Assembly (NCBI GenBank): GCA_964588465.1
Contig: CAZPPL010000004.1
Location: 13,182 to 77,181 of the forward strand
Reading direction: 5' to 3'
Origin: an uncultured Gammaproteobacteria bacterium
GTDB lineage: Bacteria > Patescibacteriota > Patescibacteriia > Patescibacteriales > UBA12465
DNA: 64,000 nucleotides
A model generated the notes under the pieces. The model was not told the DNA's origin. It searched no databases and saw nothing but the letters and a program-made list of their open reading frames with translations. Made by a program: the position numbers and the translations under genes. This document shows, piece by piece, positions 1-9,913 of this stretch. Position 1 is the stretch's first letter. Each line of letters starts with the position of its first letter.

Positions 1-329
1 TTAGAGCTAGAATAAAAAAATAAACTAATTGATTGCGCATTATCTCTCTAAGAGCTTTTCTAGCTAATTCATTCTTTTTTAAGCGGAATAATCCATAGTA
101 TATTTTTATTAGGATTCTATACACGATATTTTTAAAAAATAAGCGAAAAAAACCGCCAATAATTTTAAACAGTTGAAAAAGTAATTTATCAAGTAAGCGT
201 AGGACTTTAATAGCTAGTAAGCCCAGATTTATAATAAATTTTTTAAATTGTCGCTTAATTGGTTGATCTATATAATTGAGATTAAGCTTTACCTTATATT
301 ATCATTTTTAAACTTTTATCGTCAATTTA

Positions 330-338
330 TGCTATAAT
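330..338 (+). promoter_or_regulatory. Candidate extended -10 promoter (TGcTATAAT) for gpmA
   Basis: Sequence tgctataat lies about 30 nt upstream of the ATG at 369. There is no good -35. AT-rich genomes produce many chance matches. Confidence 0.35.
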
Positions 339-368
339 AAAAAATAATTAATATTTTTTTTAATTTTT

Positions 369-1103
369 ATGTATCAATTAGTTCTATTACGCCACGGGGA
401 AAGTGTTTGGAATAAAAAGGGTCTGTTTACTGGTTGGACTGATGTCAGTCTAAGCCAAACAGGAAGAGCAGAAGCTAAAGAAGCGGGGCTAAAGCTTAAG
501 AGTAAGGGTTTTGTTTTTGATCTGGCCTATACCTCTTATTTGAAACGAGCCGCTCATACTCTCCGTATTGTTTTAAGAGAATTACAACAAGAACAATTGC
601 CAGTTAAAATAGATTGGCGTTTAAATGAGCGGCATTATGGTAATTTACAAGGATTAAGTAAGGTGGCTCTGACTAAGAAATTTGGCGAGAAGCAAGTTCT
701 ATTATGGCGACGTAGCTATAGTGTTCGTCCTCCTAAAATTACTACTCAAAATATCTATAATCAACAAGGAGATCCAAAATATAAAAGTATTAAAGTTCCC
801 ACAGCTGAAAGTCTAAAAGATGTGGTAGCTCGAGTAGTTCCATTTTGGCTACAAGAAATTATACCAAAAATTAGAAACAATGAACGGATTATCATTGCTG
901 CTAGTGGTAATAGCTTACGGGCTTTAATAAAATATCTGGATAAAATAAGTGCTTCAGAAATTGCTAATTTAAATATTCCTACTGGGATTCCTCTAATCTA
1001 TGAGTTTGATAAGAATTTACAAGCCCGCAAACATTATTATTTAGCTAGTACTAAAGAATTACAGACTGCACTTAATCGGGTTAAGAATCAAACTAAAAAA
1101 TAA
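369..1103 (+). CDS. gpmA: 2,3-bisphosphoglycerate-dependent phosphoglycerate mutase
   Basis: The N-terminal LVLLRHGESVWNKKGLFTGWTDV is the histidine-phosphatase RHGE motif of dPGM. The 244-aa length fits. Confidence 0.9.
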   Translation: MYQLVLLRHGESVWNKKGLFTGWTDVSLSQTGRAEAKEAGLKLKSKGFVFDLAYTSYLKRAAHTLRIVLRELQQEQLPVKIDWRLNERHYGNLQGLSKVALTKKFGEKQVLLWRRSYSVRPPKITTQNIYNQQGDPKYKSIKVPTAESLKDVVARVVPFWLQEIIPKIRNNERIIIAASGNSLRALIKYLDKISASEIANLNIPTGIPLIYEFDKNLQARKHYYLASTKELQTALNRVKNQTKK

Positions 1104-1141
1104 GCTATTGTTTTTAAGTAGTTCAAATAATTTTTAGAATT

Positions 1142-2062
1142 TTATTCCACGATTATTGGAAATGGTTTTTTTTGTCCATAGGCTTGCGTGCCGTTTAGAC
1201 AAAATTGAGCGATATGTTTTTTAAAGTAAGGAATTTTTGAGGCTTGGATTTTTCCAATTAAATAATAGCTTAGAGCCATAACTAGACCAGCCTTAGCATT
1301 TTTTGGTAATTTTATTTCCCAACGTTCTGCTTTAGAACCAAAATATTTATTTTTTCCTAAACTGATCACTAATTCTTTATTCCAAGGATGAACAAATTTA
1401 GCATGTCGAGCTTCCCCTAAGCTAAAGGCTCGTAAAGATAAATGCGGACCAAACAGTTCGTCTTTTTTTATTTCTATCATAGGAGCTAAAGCTTTAAATT
1501 CATCGGGCAGCAGGAATGAATAGGCCAAGTAATTCTTAAAATTTCTGGGTCGTTTAGGTAATTTTATATTTTTTAGAAATTTTTTGATGTCTTTGGCTCG
1601 TTCTTGACTAGCTCCCAGTAACATCCCTAGATAAGTAGAGGTATTGTAGGTATAGGGTTCAGGAAGTTTTTGGTAAACAATAATTTTATCCGCTAGCATG
1701 GCTGAAGGAGAATTAGGGCTACAAGTTAGTAGAGTAGTTTTTAGTTTATACTTTTTAGCTAATTTGATTTCCCAGATTGAGTCTTTCTCTCCCGAAGCAG
1801 AGATTATTAAAGCTTGAGTAATATTTTTATTTTTTATCCAAGGTTTATAATTTTTAATAATTTGTGAAAAATTACTTTCGTCCGCTATTACACTTGGTCT
1901 AGAACCAAAGAGTACTAAAGCGGTGTTATAAGCATTTCCACTGCCTATAACTAGAGGAAATTTAAATTGATTAAGTTTTAGTTGGGCGGGTGGATTTTTA
2001 GTAAAAAAATCCAGAGCGGCTATCACGCTAACATCTAAATTCGGCAAATTTTTAATATTCAT
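1142..2062 (-). CDS. Hypothetical protein, possibly a SIS-fold sugar-phosphate isomerase-like protein
   Basis: 306-aa ORF convergent with gpmA. Segments VIGSGNAYNTALV and IISASGEKDS resemble SIS-domain nucleotide/sugar-phosphate binding loops. The assignment is weak. Confidence 0.3.
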   Translation of the reverse strand: MNIKNLPNLDVSVIAALDFFTKNPPAQLKLNQFKFPLVIGSGNAYNTALVLFGSRPSVIADESNFSQIIKNYKPWIKNKNITQALIISASGEKDSIWEIKLAKKYKLKTTLLTCSPNSPSAMLADKIIVYQKLPEPYTYNTSTYLGMLLGASQERAKDIKKFLKNIKLPKRPRNFKNYLAYSFLLPDEFKALAPMIEIKKDELFGPHLSLRAFSLGEARHAKFVHPWNKELVISLGKNKYFGSKAERWEIKLPKNAKAGLVMALSYYLIGKIQASKIPYFKKHIAQFCLNGTQAYGQKKPFPIIVE

Positions 2063-2166
2063 AAAGTTTATTTTAGCTTATTTTATTTATGTTTTTATTA
2101 TAATCCATCTTGATTTTTATTTCAATTTACGATACAGTGTAATTAATCACTCCTTAAATAATTTCT

Positions 2167-2886
2167 ATGTCGGGACATTCTAAGTGGGAAACCACCCATC
2201 GTCAAAAAGAACTAGCTGATGCTAAACGAGGTGCGGTTTTTACTAAATTTGCCAACATTATTACCATTGCTGCTCGGGCTGGAGGTGATCCTAATGCTAA
2301 TGCTTCTTTACGCTCGGCAATTGAACGGGCCAGAGGCGTCAGTATGCCTAAAGATAATATTGAACGAGCAATTAAGAAAGGTACAGGGGAATTATCTGGT
2401 GAACAAGTTGAGGAATTATTCTATGAAGGACTTTTGCCCGCTGGTATTCAAATAGTAGTTAAATGTTTGACTGATAATAAGAATCGTAGTGGTTCGGCGA
2501 TTCGTCATTTATTTACTAAAAATGGTGGAGCTTTTGGTTCGGTGCTATGGAACTTTTCTAAGTGGGGAGTCATTCGTATTACTAAAGATGAATTATCTGT
2601 GCACCAGATAAATATAGAGGAACTGGAATTAGAATTAATCGATCATAATGTTATAGATTTGATTTCTGAGGAAAAGGGTATTACTATTTATACGGAATTG
2701 CAAAATCTTCAATCTGTTCGTGATTTTTTAGAACAAAAGAGTTTGCAGTTAGAAACTGCTGATATTGAATATGTAGCTAAAGATAAAACTAAATTAGCGC
2801 TTGAACAAGCAGAGAAAATGGATAAATTTTTTGAAGAATTGGAGGACAATCTGGATGTTAGTGATTACTACTCTAATTTAATTTAA
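2167..2886 (+). CDS. yebC: YebC/PmpR family DNA-binding transcriptional regulator
   Basis: The N-terminus MSGHSKWETTHRQKELADAKRGAVFTKF...IERARGVSMPKDNIERAIKKG is the hallmark YebC family sequence. It sits in the conserved position upstream of ruvC. Confidence 0.9.
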   Translation: MSGHSKWETTHRQKELADAKRGAVFTKFANIITIAARAGGDPNANASLRSAIERARGVSMPKDNIERAIKKGTGELSGEQVEELFYEGLLPAGIQIVVKCLTDNKNRSGSAIRHLFTKNGGAFGSVLWNFSKWGVIRITKDELSVHQINIEELELELIDHNVIDLISEEKGITIYTELQNLQSVRDFLEQKSLQLETADIEYVAKDKTKLALEQAEKMDKFFEELEDNLDVSDYYSNLI

Positions 2887-2898
2887 AATATTATCTCT

Positions 2899-3390
2899 AT
2901 GGCTAAGATTATTTTAGGAGTTGATCCGGGGATAGCAGACACTGGCTATGGAGTAATTAGGGAAGAAAAAGGCCAAACAGTCTGTATAACTTATGGGTCC
3001 ATTAAAACTAAGTCCACTGATAATTTAATTACTCGTTTAGAAATTCTACATCAGGAACTAAATAGAATAATCAAAAAATATAAACCAGAATTAGTAGCTA
3101 TTGAGCAATTATTTTTTAATAAAAACGTTCGTACCGCCCTTATAGTTGGGCAAGCCCGAGGGGTGGCTTTGTTGACTCTGCAGCAAAATAAATTAGTCGT
3201 ATTAGAATTTACTCCAGCTCAGGTTAAGCAAGCGGTAACCGCTTACGGAAAATCTCCTAAAATTCAAGTACAAAAAATGGTTAAATTAATTCTTAAATTA
3301 CCCAAACTACCTCAACCCGATGACGCTGCCGACGCTTTAGCCTTGGCTTTGTGCGCTATAAATTCCACTATTTTATGTTTAAAAAATTAA
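2899..3390 (+). CDS. ruvC: Crossover junction endodeoxyribonuclease RuvC
   Basis: ILGVDPGIADTGYGVI carries the catalytic Asp motif, and the C-terminal DDAADALALALC motif is present. Length is 163 aa. Confidence 0.9.
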   Translation: MAKIILGVDPGIADTGYGVIREEKGQTVCITYGSIKTKSTDNLITRLEILHQELNRIIKKYKPELVAIEQLFFNKNVRTALIVGQARGVALLTLQQNKLVVLEFTPAQVKQAVTAYGKSPKIQVQKMVKLILKLPKLPQPDDAADALALALCAINSTILCLKN

Positions 3391-4847
3391 AAATTGTACA
3401 AATTGCTTCTGAGGTTGCTCCCTTTTCTAAAACTGGTGGACTGGGAGATGTTAGCCGTAGTTTGTCTAAAGCTTTAGAAAGGTTAGGACACGAGGTTATA
3501 GTTATTACTCCACTTTATGGCAGAGTAATTGATAAGTCTAGCAATAAATTGGAATTAATTTTTTCTAATATTGATTTACGTTTGAATTCTAGCGAGAAGA
3601 TTAAAGTCAATTATTGGCGGGGTTATTTAATGCCTGATTTACCTATTTATTTTATAGAATGTAAGCATTTTTTCTCTAAGTACAAACGCTTATATGGTTC
3701 AGGGCAAGAAAATGCTCGTTTTTTAGTTTTTGATGTTGCTACCTTAAAATTGTTATCTTTACTTAAGTTTAACGCTGATATTATTCAATGCCATGATTGG
3801 CAAACTGGTTTAATACCCTATTATCTAAAGACTGATTTTCGTTATTCTAAGACTTTGACTAAGGCTAAAACTATTTTTACCATTCATAATCTAATTTTTC
3901 AATTTGGAAGTAATTGGTGGGAAGTTCTTCCTAAAAATAAGGATTATGGTCATAGTCGCATACCCCATCTTAGTGACCCTCGTTTAAAATTTATTAATTT
4001 TGCTAAGCGGGCAATCTTATCCGCAGATTTTATTAATACGGTAAGTGAACAATATCAGAAAGAGATAATGACTAAAAAGTTTGGTCAAGATTTACACCGT
4101 ATTTTAAAAAATAGAGAAGATCGTTTGGTAGGTATTATTAATGGTATTGATTATAACATTTATAATCCCGCTGATGATCCAGGTTTATTTAAACCTTATT
4201 CTTTTAGAAATTCAGAGGTGAAAGAATTTAACAAAATTTATTTACAAAAAACTTTTGATTTACCCCCAGATAAAGATAAACCGATTTTTTGTACTACTTC
4301 TCGGGTTACTTTTCAAAAAGGTTTTGAGTTATTAATTCAACTATTACCTCAATTGTTAAAGTTGGATGCTCAATTTATTATTATCGGTTCTGGGGATAAA
4401 AATTATATTCAATCTCTACAAAAAATTTCTCGTAAATATCCAGATAGATTAGTAGTTATTCCTTCCCACTTAGCTAATCAGAAGTATGAAACGTTAGTAT
4501 ATGCTGGGGCTGATTTTTTTTTATTACCCTCCAACCATGAACCTTGTGGAATTAATCAGCTTATTGCTATGCGCTATGGGTGTGTTCCTATCGTTCGTGA
4601 GGTTGGAGGCTTATATGATACGGTAGAAAATTTTTCACCAACTACTAAGATTGGTACAGGTTTCACCTTTAAAAATGAAGATGAATTTTCTTTGTATAAT
4701 GCCATTATTCGGGCTCTGGAAAATTATAAAAATAAACCAATTTGGAGAGATTTAATTAAGCGAGTAATGACCGAATCTCATGGTTGGGAGATTCCAGCGA
4801 AAAAATATTTAGAACTTTATAAACGAGTTCTTAAAATTTCTAAATAA
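3375..4847 (+). CDS. glgA: Glycogen/starch synthase (GT5)
   Basis: KIVQIASEVAPFSKTGGLGDV is the KTGGL motif, and HDWQTGLIP and PSNHEPCGINQL are also present. The track ORF starts at 3351. The ATG at 3375 (MFKKLKIV) gives the canonical N-terminus and a smaller overlap with ruvC. Confidence 0.85.
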   Translation: MFKKLKIVQIASEVAPFSKTGGLGDVSRSLSKALERLGHEVIVITPLYGRVIDKSSNKLELIFSNIDLRLNSSEKIKVNYWRGYLMPDLPIYFIECKHFFSKYKRLYGSGQENARFLVFDVATLKLLSLLKFNADIIQCHDWQTGLIPYYLKTDFRYSKTLTKAKTIFTIHNLIFQFGSNWWEVLPKNKDYGHSRIPHLSDPRLKFINFAKRAILSADFINTVSEQYQKEIMTKKFGQDLHRILKNREDRLVGIINGIDYNIYNPADDPGLFKPYSFRNSEVKEFNKIYLQKTFDLPPDKDKPIFCTTSRVTFQKGFELLIQLLPQLLKLDAQFIIIGSGDKNYIQSLQKISRKYPDRLVVIPSHLANQKYETLVYAGADFFLLPSNHEPCGINQLIAMRYGCVPIVREVGGLYDTVENFSPTTKIGTGFTFKNEDEFSLYNAIIRALENYKNKPIWRDLIKRVMTESHGWEIPAKKYLELYKRVLKISK

Positions 4848-4855
4848 TATTATAT

Positions 4856-6058
4856 ATGTTGTGGCTTAATTTTTTACATTTTTATCAACCCGCTAATATT
4901 GAATTCTATCACATTAAAATTGCTCTAGACAAAAGTTATTGGCGTTTACTAAGATTAATGGAAGAACATCCTCAATTGCAGGCTACTTGGAATATTAGTG
5001 GTTGTTTACTAGATAGATTAGCTCAAGAAGGAGAGCAATCTTTTCTTGATCGTTTAAGATCTGTGGTTGAAAGGGGTCAGATAGAATTGACTTCTTCAGC
5101 AGCCTATCATGGATTCTTAGCTCTTTTACCTGAGTCAGAAATAGTTTCACAAATTAGAGAGAATGAAGAAATTTTAAAAAAATACTTTGGTAAGAGATTT
5201 AAACCTAGTGGTTTTTTTATTCCCGAGATGGCTTATTCTCCAAAGGTGGCTAAAATTATTAAAAAAATGGCTTATTCTTGGATCATTTTAGATGAAATTA
5301 GTTATAGCGGTACTAGCCAAAGTCATCCAATGTATGGAAAATTTTATCTAGATCAAGCCAGCGGTTTGCGAGTAATTTTTCATAATAGAAAATTATCTAG
5401 TGCTTTCCCGCCAGATCGTCTGTTGGCTATGCTCCCTAAGCTAAAAGCTAAAGATTCGTTTGCTATATATCTTAGCGCTACTGATGCTGAACTGTATGGT
5501 TTACGTCATGAAGATCCGACTGGTGAATTAGAAAAGATAGCCGACAATGATTATGTAGAAACTTTAACTATTTCGGATTATTGGCATTCACTTCCTAGGC
5601 AGAAGTTAGAAAAAATAAATTTGTATAATTCTTCTTGGGAATCAACGCCAGCGGAAATAAAAAATAATAAGCCTTATAGTTTATGGGACGATAAAGACAA
5701 TCAGATTCAAGTAGATTTATGGAAATTAGCTAACTTAGCTTTAGAGCTAGGAAATAAATTTAAGAATGATCCTAATTTCTATTGGTATCGTTGGCATTTA
5801 GTCCGAGGTCTAGCGAGTTGTACCTTTTGGTGGGCTAGTGCTCGGGATTTTTCTAAAATCTACGGACCCTACGCTTGGAGCCCTGATGATATTGAACGCG
5901 GTTTAGAAGATTTAATTAGATCGGTTCGTTCTATAGGCGACTTTAAAAGTAAAAAATATAAATTACAAGCTGAAAAATATTATTTACAAATTGAAAAGCA
6001 GATTTGGGAAAAACATTGGAAAAAATATTGGCCGATAATATCCCGTCTTGACGCTTAA
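4856..6058 (+). CDS. Glycoside hydrolase family 57-like protein
   Basis: N-terminal LNFLHFYQP resembles GH57 region 1 (HxHQP). FIPEMAY and SATDAELYG resemble the GH57 nucleophile and acid/base regions (..E.. / DGE.FG). It is adjacent to glgA. Confidence 0.5.
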   Translation: MLWLNFLHFYQPANIEFYHIKIALDKSYWRLLRLMEEHPQLQATWNISGCLLDRLAQEGEQSFLDRLRSVVERGQIELTSSAAYHGFLALLPESEIVSQIRENEEILKKYFGKRFKPSGFFIPEMAYSPKVAKIIKKMAYSWIILDEISYSGTSQSHPMYGKFYLDQASGLRVIFHNRKLSSAFPPDRLLAMLPKLKAKDSFAIYLSATDAELYGLRHEDPTGELEKIADNDYVETLTISDYWHSLPRQKLEKINLYNSSWESTPAEIKNNKPYSLWDDKDNQIQVDLWKLANLALELGNKFKNDPNFYWYRWHLVRGLASCTFWWASARDFSKIYGPYAWSPDDIERGLEDLIRSVRSIGDFKSKKYKLQAEKYYLQIEKQIWEKHWKKYWPIISRLDA

Positions 6059-6068
6059 GTTTAAAGAT

Positions 6069-7085
6069 ATGAATAAAATTTTACAATTATTTGATGAAAA
6101 GTTTGTTATTAATTTATTTCGTCAGAAGATCTTGCCTTATTACCCTGAGTTTATAGACATTAAGCAGATAAAGATTAAACCCTACAAAAATTTAGTTTGG
6201 AAAACTACTTATCATGTTGTCCTTAGTTTTGATACTTATTTTTTAAAAGCTGATGGAGAAGAGTCTAGAGTGTTAATCGTTTGTTCGGCCCACAATGAAG
6301 AACCTCGTAAAAATATTTATTTAGCTTTAAAATATTTATGGACTGCTGGTTTGCCTGATAAATTTATTGATTTGCCCAAACCTTTGTTCTATTCCACCGA
6401 GTTTAATGGCACTTTCTATCAAGGTTTAGAAGGTGAAAATCTATTATATTATATTAAGAATAAAGATTTATTTTTAGTATCTGAAATAGTTAGTGAAGCC
6501 GCTAAACTTTTTGCCCGTTTGCATGCTTTGGAAAATATGGGAGAGGCAAATTTTAATTTTGAGAACTCTCGCATTAAAACGGTTATTCCTGGAACAACTA
6601 GAATCTTTCAAGAAATGGAACGGCGATATCACAATAAATATAACAATGATTTGACTAAGATTTATGATCATCTTATTAAACAAGAAGAGGCTTATTTTGC
6701 TCAAGGACGACCTCCAGTTTTGATTCATGGTGATGCCCACGCCGAGAATATTATTCGTACCGCTCCGCATCGTTTAGGTCTGATTGATTTTAATGATTTG
6801 TGTCTGGGAGATCGAGCTCGTGATTTAGGAAGTTTTATTCAACAATTGGAATATAATATTCGGGTTACAGATCCAATTTGGTCTGATAGAATGAAAGAGT
6901 TATTCTTATCGGTTTATTTGCAGGAAGCTAATTTAAAGTTGGATACCGATTTAAAAGCTAGAATTCAGTTATATTGTAATTGGACTGCAATACGCACGGG
7001 TATTTATTGGTTTTTGAAATCTGGGCATGATGAGGATAAAGCGATAAGTTTGCTACAAGAGGTAAAGAATGATCTAAAATTATAA
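6069..7085 (+). CDS. Aminoglycoside-phosphotransferase-fold kinase family protein (possible sugar kinase)
   Basis: LIHGDAHAENIIR...GLIDFNDLCLGDRARDLG are the Brenner catalytic loop and the DFxD Mg-binding motif of the APH/choline-kinase fold. The track ORF starts at a TTG at 6048, and an ATG at 6069 is more likely. Confidence 0.55.
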   Translation: MNKILQLFDEKFVINLFRQKILPYYPEFIDIKQIKIKPYKNLVWKTTYHVVLSFDTYFLKADGEESRVLIVCSAHNEEPRKNIYLALKYLWTAGLPDKFIDLPKPLFYSTEFNGTFYQGLEGENLLYYIKNKDLFLVSEIVSEAAKLFARLHALENMGEANFNFENSRIKTVIPGTTRIFQEMERRYHNKYNNDLTKIYDHLIKQEEAYFAQGRPPVLIHGDAHAENIIRTAPHRLGLIDFNDLCLGDRARDLGSFIQQLEYNIRVTDPIWSDRMKELFLSVYLQEANLKLDTDLKARIQLYCNWTAIRTGIYWFLKSGHDEDKAISLLQEVKNDLKL

Positions 7086-7184
7086 AATATTATCATGGTA
7101 TTTGTTAGACCCTTAATCAGTAAAAACTCAGCAATTATAGGAGATTAAATTAAAAGTATAATACTTTTTTAATAGATTTAGCTA

Positions 7185-7193
7185 TGATATAAT
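7185..7193 (+). promoter_or_regulatory. Candidate extended -10 promoter (TGaTATAAT) for ftsK
   Basis: tgatataat lies about 50 nt upstream of the ftsK start, inside a 150-bp AT-rich intergenic region. Confidence 0.3.
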
Positions 7194-7239
7194 TTAGAGA
7201 TAATAATACTTAGTTTAGTTAATAAGAAATTAATTTATT

Positions 7240-9894
7240 TTGAATATGTCTCGTAAGAGAAAAAAGAAAAAGTCATTTGATTATATCGCCATGACAGAAT
7301 GGGGTCTTGATGAGCATGCTAAACGTAGTATTTTTTTAGTTGTTTTATTAGCTTTAGGTCTAATTAGTTTTTTAGGTCTATTTAATTTAGCCGGTCATTT
7401 TGGGGAATTTATTGCTCACTGGTTAAAACTTTTATTTGGTTATGGTAAATGGTTAGTGCCACTCATCTTTTTGTATTGGGCTTTATTAATCATTAAACGA
7501 GCTAAGAAATTATTAAGGTTTGCTGATTATTTGGGATTATTCCTATTATTTATTTCTTATCAAACTTTATTCCAATTTTTTATTGCTCCAGTTAATTGGG
7601 ATAGAGCAGTCGCCTCGGGTTATGGGGGCGGTTATATAGGTTTATATTTAAGCAAATTATTTTTTTATATTTTTGGTTTTTGGGGCGGAGTTTCGGCTTT
7701 AGTGGCTTTACTACTGATTGCTTTAGTTCTAGTGTCTAATGCTTCTTTGACTCGAATAATTGGACGTGAAAGTTTATTAGCTAAAATATTTTGGCCATTT
7801 AAAGTTTTTTTTCATAATTTATTTTTTAGTTCTGAAATTGAGGAAGAAGAGGCTGATAGTGATGGGCAAAACTATGTTAGTAGGGCTCGGGAAGAGATCT
7901 TAACTGCTTGGCAGGAAAAAACTATACCCGCTAAACTAGAAAAAGTTGAGGATTTAAGTGATTATGAAACTAGCGATGAAACGCTTAAATCTTTATCAGT
8001 TCATCATAATAAAGCCATTCAGGAGAAAATAGTTTGGCCTAAACGGAAGATTAAATTAGATATGCCGATTGAATTACTTAATAGTAAATTCAGCAAGGCT
8101 CATGGTGGCGATGTTAAGCTTAACCGAGAAAAGATTAAACAGACTCTAGAAAAATTTGGGATTATTGTGGAGATGGGTGATACTAAGGTGGGTCCGACCG
8201 TAACTCAATATACTTTTCGTCCAGCTGAAGGAGTAAAATTATCACGTATTACCACTTTAAGCAATGATCTCAGTTTATCTCTAGCTGCTCATCCGATTAG
8301 AATTGAAGCTCCCATTCCTGGCAAGTCTTTAGTGGGAATAGAGGTTCCTAATAAAGCTAAAGCCATTGTGGGTTTGCGAGAGATTTTAGAAGATAAAGCC
8401 TTTTTAAATCGTAAAAACAATTTATATGTAGCTTTAGGTAAAGATGTCGCTGGTAATGCTTGGTTGTATGATTTAACTCGTATGCCCCATTTATTGGTAG
8501 CTGGAGCTACTAATTCTGGTAAATCTGTTTGTTTAAACGCCATTATTGTAAGTTTATTATATCAGAATGATCCCGCTGATCTTCGTTTCATCATGGTGGA
8601 TCCTAAACGAGTAGAGCTGCCAGTCTATAATGGTATTCCTCATCTACTCACTCCAGTGATAACTGATGCCAATAAAACTATTAATGCTCTACGTTGGTGT
8701 TTGAATGAAATGGAGCGCCGTTATGATATTTTAAGTAAAAATAAAAAAAGAAATATTCAGTCCTATAACGCTAGCAGTGACGAGAAATTGCCTTATATAG
8801 TTTTTATTATTGATGAACTAGCTGATTTTATGATGACCTCGGGTAAAGATATGGAAGCGGCCATTATCCGTTTAGCTCAAATGTCTAGAGCAATTGGAAT
8901 CCATCTGATTTTAGCCACTCAGCGACCGAGTGTAGATGTTATTACCGGACTTATTAAAGCTAATATACCCACTAGAATAGCTTTCTCAGTAGCTTCGCTG
9001 GTTGATTCCAAAACTATTTTAGATTCTTCTGGGGCAGAAAAATTATTAGGGCAAGGTGATATGTTATTTTCTTCCGCTGAATTATCTAAACCTAGAAGAA
9101 TCCAAGGAGCTTATTTAAGCGATAGTGAAATAAATGATGTTATTAGTTATATTAAAGATCAGGCTGGTCCTGCTGACTATTTAGAAGGGGTTACTGACAG
9201 ACAAAAAGTTAGTGGTAATGCGGGAGTGGGTTTAGATGGAAATCATGGCGATGAGGATGAATTATTTGAGGCTGCTCAAGAACTTATTATGAGAGCTGGG
9301 AAAGCTTCTACTTCTATGTTACAACGTCGTTTATCTATTGGCTATGGGCGAGCAGCTAAGATTCTAGATATGTTAGAAGACTCTGGTATTATTGGCCCGA
9401 GTAATGGTTCTAAGCCTCGGGAGGTTTTGATTACTCAAGCACAATATGAAGCCCATGTTAATAGTCCTTTAAGTTCTATGCCAGTTCATAATAGAGCCGA
9501 AGCAGTTGCTCCGGATAATTATTTAGAAGAAGAGAATAATAATGAAGAGGATAATAATATGGATGAGGATATTTTAAGGTTTGAAAAAAGTGGATCAGAA
9601 CAGGCTAAATTAGGAGATGATAAACCAGGAGATGAAGGGGAAAAAGGGGACAGAGAGTCAGAGTTTGTTAATGATTCCCCAGATGATAATAATGTAAGAA
9701 ATGGAGAAATTAATTCTACAGAGGAAAATCTTGAAAATGAAGATTCCAATGTAAGTCCAGAAGATGATTCTCTGCAGTCTAGTGAATATTCTAATAATGA
9801 ATATTCTGATGTCGATGAAGATAACTTGGCTAAGGGCCAGAAGTCATCAACTCACCCCCTAGACGATGATGATGAAATGTTTTTTTCTAAATAA
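7240..9894 (+). CDS. ftsK: DNA translocase FtsK/SpoIIIE with an acidic C-terminal extension
   Basis: There are N-terminal TM helices, the Walker A GATNSGKSVCLN, and IVFIIDELADFMM. The gamma wHTH is MLQRRLSIGYGRAAKILDMLEDSGIIG. About 150 aa of D/E/N/S-rich tail follows. Confidence 0.9.
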   Translation: MNMSRKRKKKKSFDYIAMTEWGLDEHAKRSIFLVVLLALGLISFLGLFNLAGHFGEFIAHWLKLLFGYGKWLVPLIFLYWALLIIKRAKKLLRFADYLGLFLLFISYQTLFQFFIAPVNWDRAVASGYGGGYIGLYLSKLFFYIFGFWGGVSALVALLLIALVLVSNASLTRIIGRESLLAKIFWPFKVFFHNLFFSSEIEEEEADSDGQNYVSRAREEILTAWQEKTIPAKLEKVEDLSDYETSDETLKSLSVHHNKAIQEKIVWPKRKIKLDMPIELLNSKFSKAHGGDVKLNREKIKQTLEKFGIIVEMGDTKVGPTVTQYTFRPAEGVKLSRITTLSNDLSLSLAAHPIRIEAPIPGKSLVGIEVPNKAKAIVGLREILEDKAFLNRKNNLYVALGKDVAGNAWLYDLTRMPHLLVAGATNSGKSVCLNAIIVSLLYQNDPADLRFIMVDPKRVELPVYNGIPHLLTPVITDANKTINALRWCLNEMERRYDILSKNKKRNIQSYNASSDEKLPYIVFIIDELADFMMTSGKDMEAAIIRLAQMSRAIGIHLILATQRPSVDVITGLIKANIPTRIAFSVASLVDSKTILDSSGAEKLLGQGDMLFSSAELSKPRRIQGAYLSDSEINDVISYIKDQAGPADYLEGVTDRQKVSGNAGVGLDGNHGDEDELFEAAQELIMRAGKASTSMLQRRLSIGYGRAAKILDMLEDSGIIGPSNGSKPREVLITQAQYEAHVNSPLSSMPVHNRAEAVAPDNYLEEENNNEEDNNMDEDILRFEKSGSEQAKLGDDKPGDEGEKGDRESEFVNDSPDDNNVRNGEINSTEENLENEDSNVSPEDDSLQSSEYSNNEYSDVDEDNLAKGQKSSTHPLDDDDEMFFSK

Positions 9895-9913
9895 GTAAGA
9901 CTCTAGTAATTAT

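Noticed and set aside
3351-3374. The upstream ATG at 3351 as the glgA start (MRYKFHYF...).
   Set aside because: It adds eight residues that precede the canonical MKI-type GlgA N-terminus. It also enlarges the overlap with ruvC to 40 nt. The ATG at 3375 is preferred, though this is unproven.
6474-6770. Antisense or alternative-frame ORFs nested inside longer genes. Examples are 2219-2455, 6474-6770, 8289-8543, 9519-9749, 11074-11337, 11974-12189, 13645-13920, 15172-15366, 19692-19916, 22894-23106, 25021-25245, 25903-26124, 27411-27599, 37019-37231 and 60057-60257.
   Set aside because: Each lies wholly within a much longer ORF that has clear family motifs. The translations are low-complexity (S/L/I/F-rich) and typical of shadow frames. 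None has independent support.
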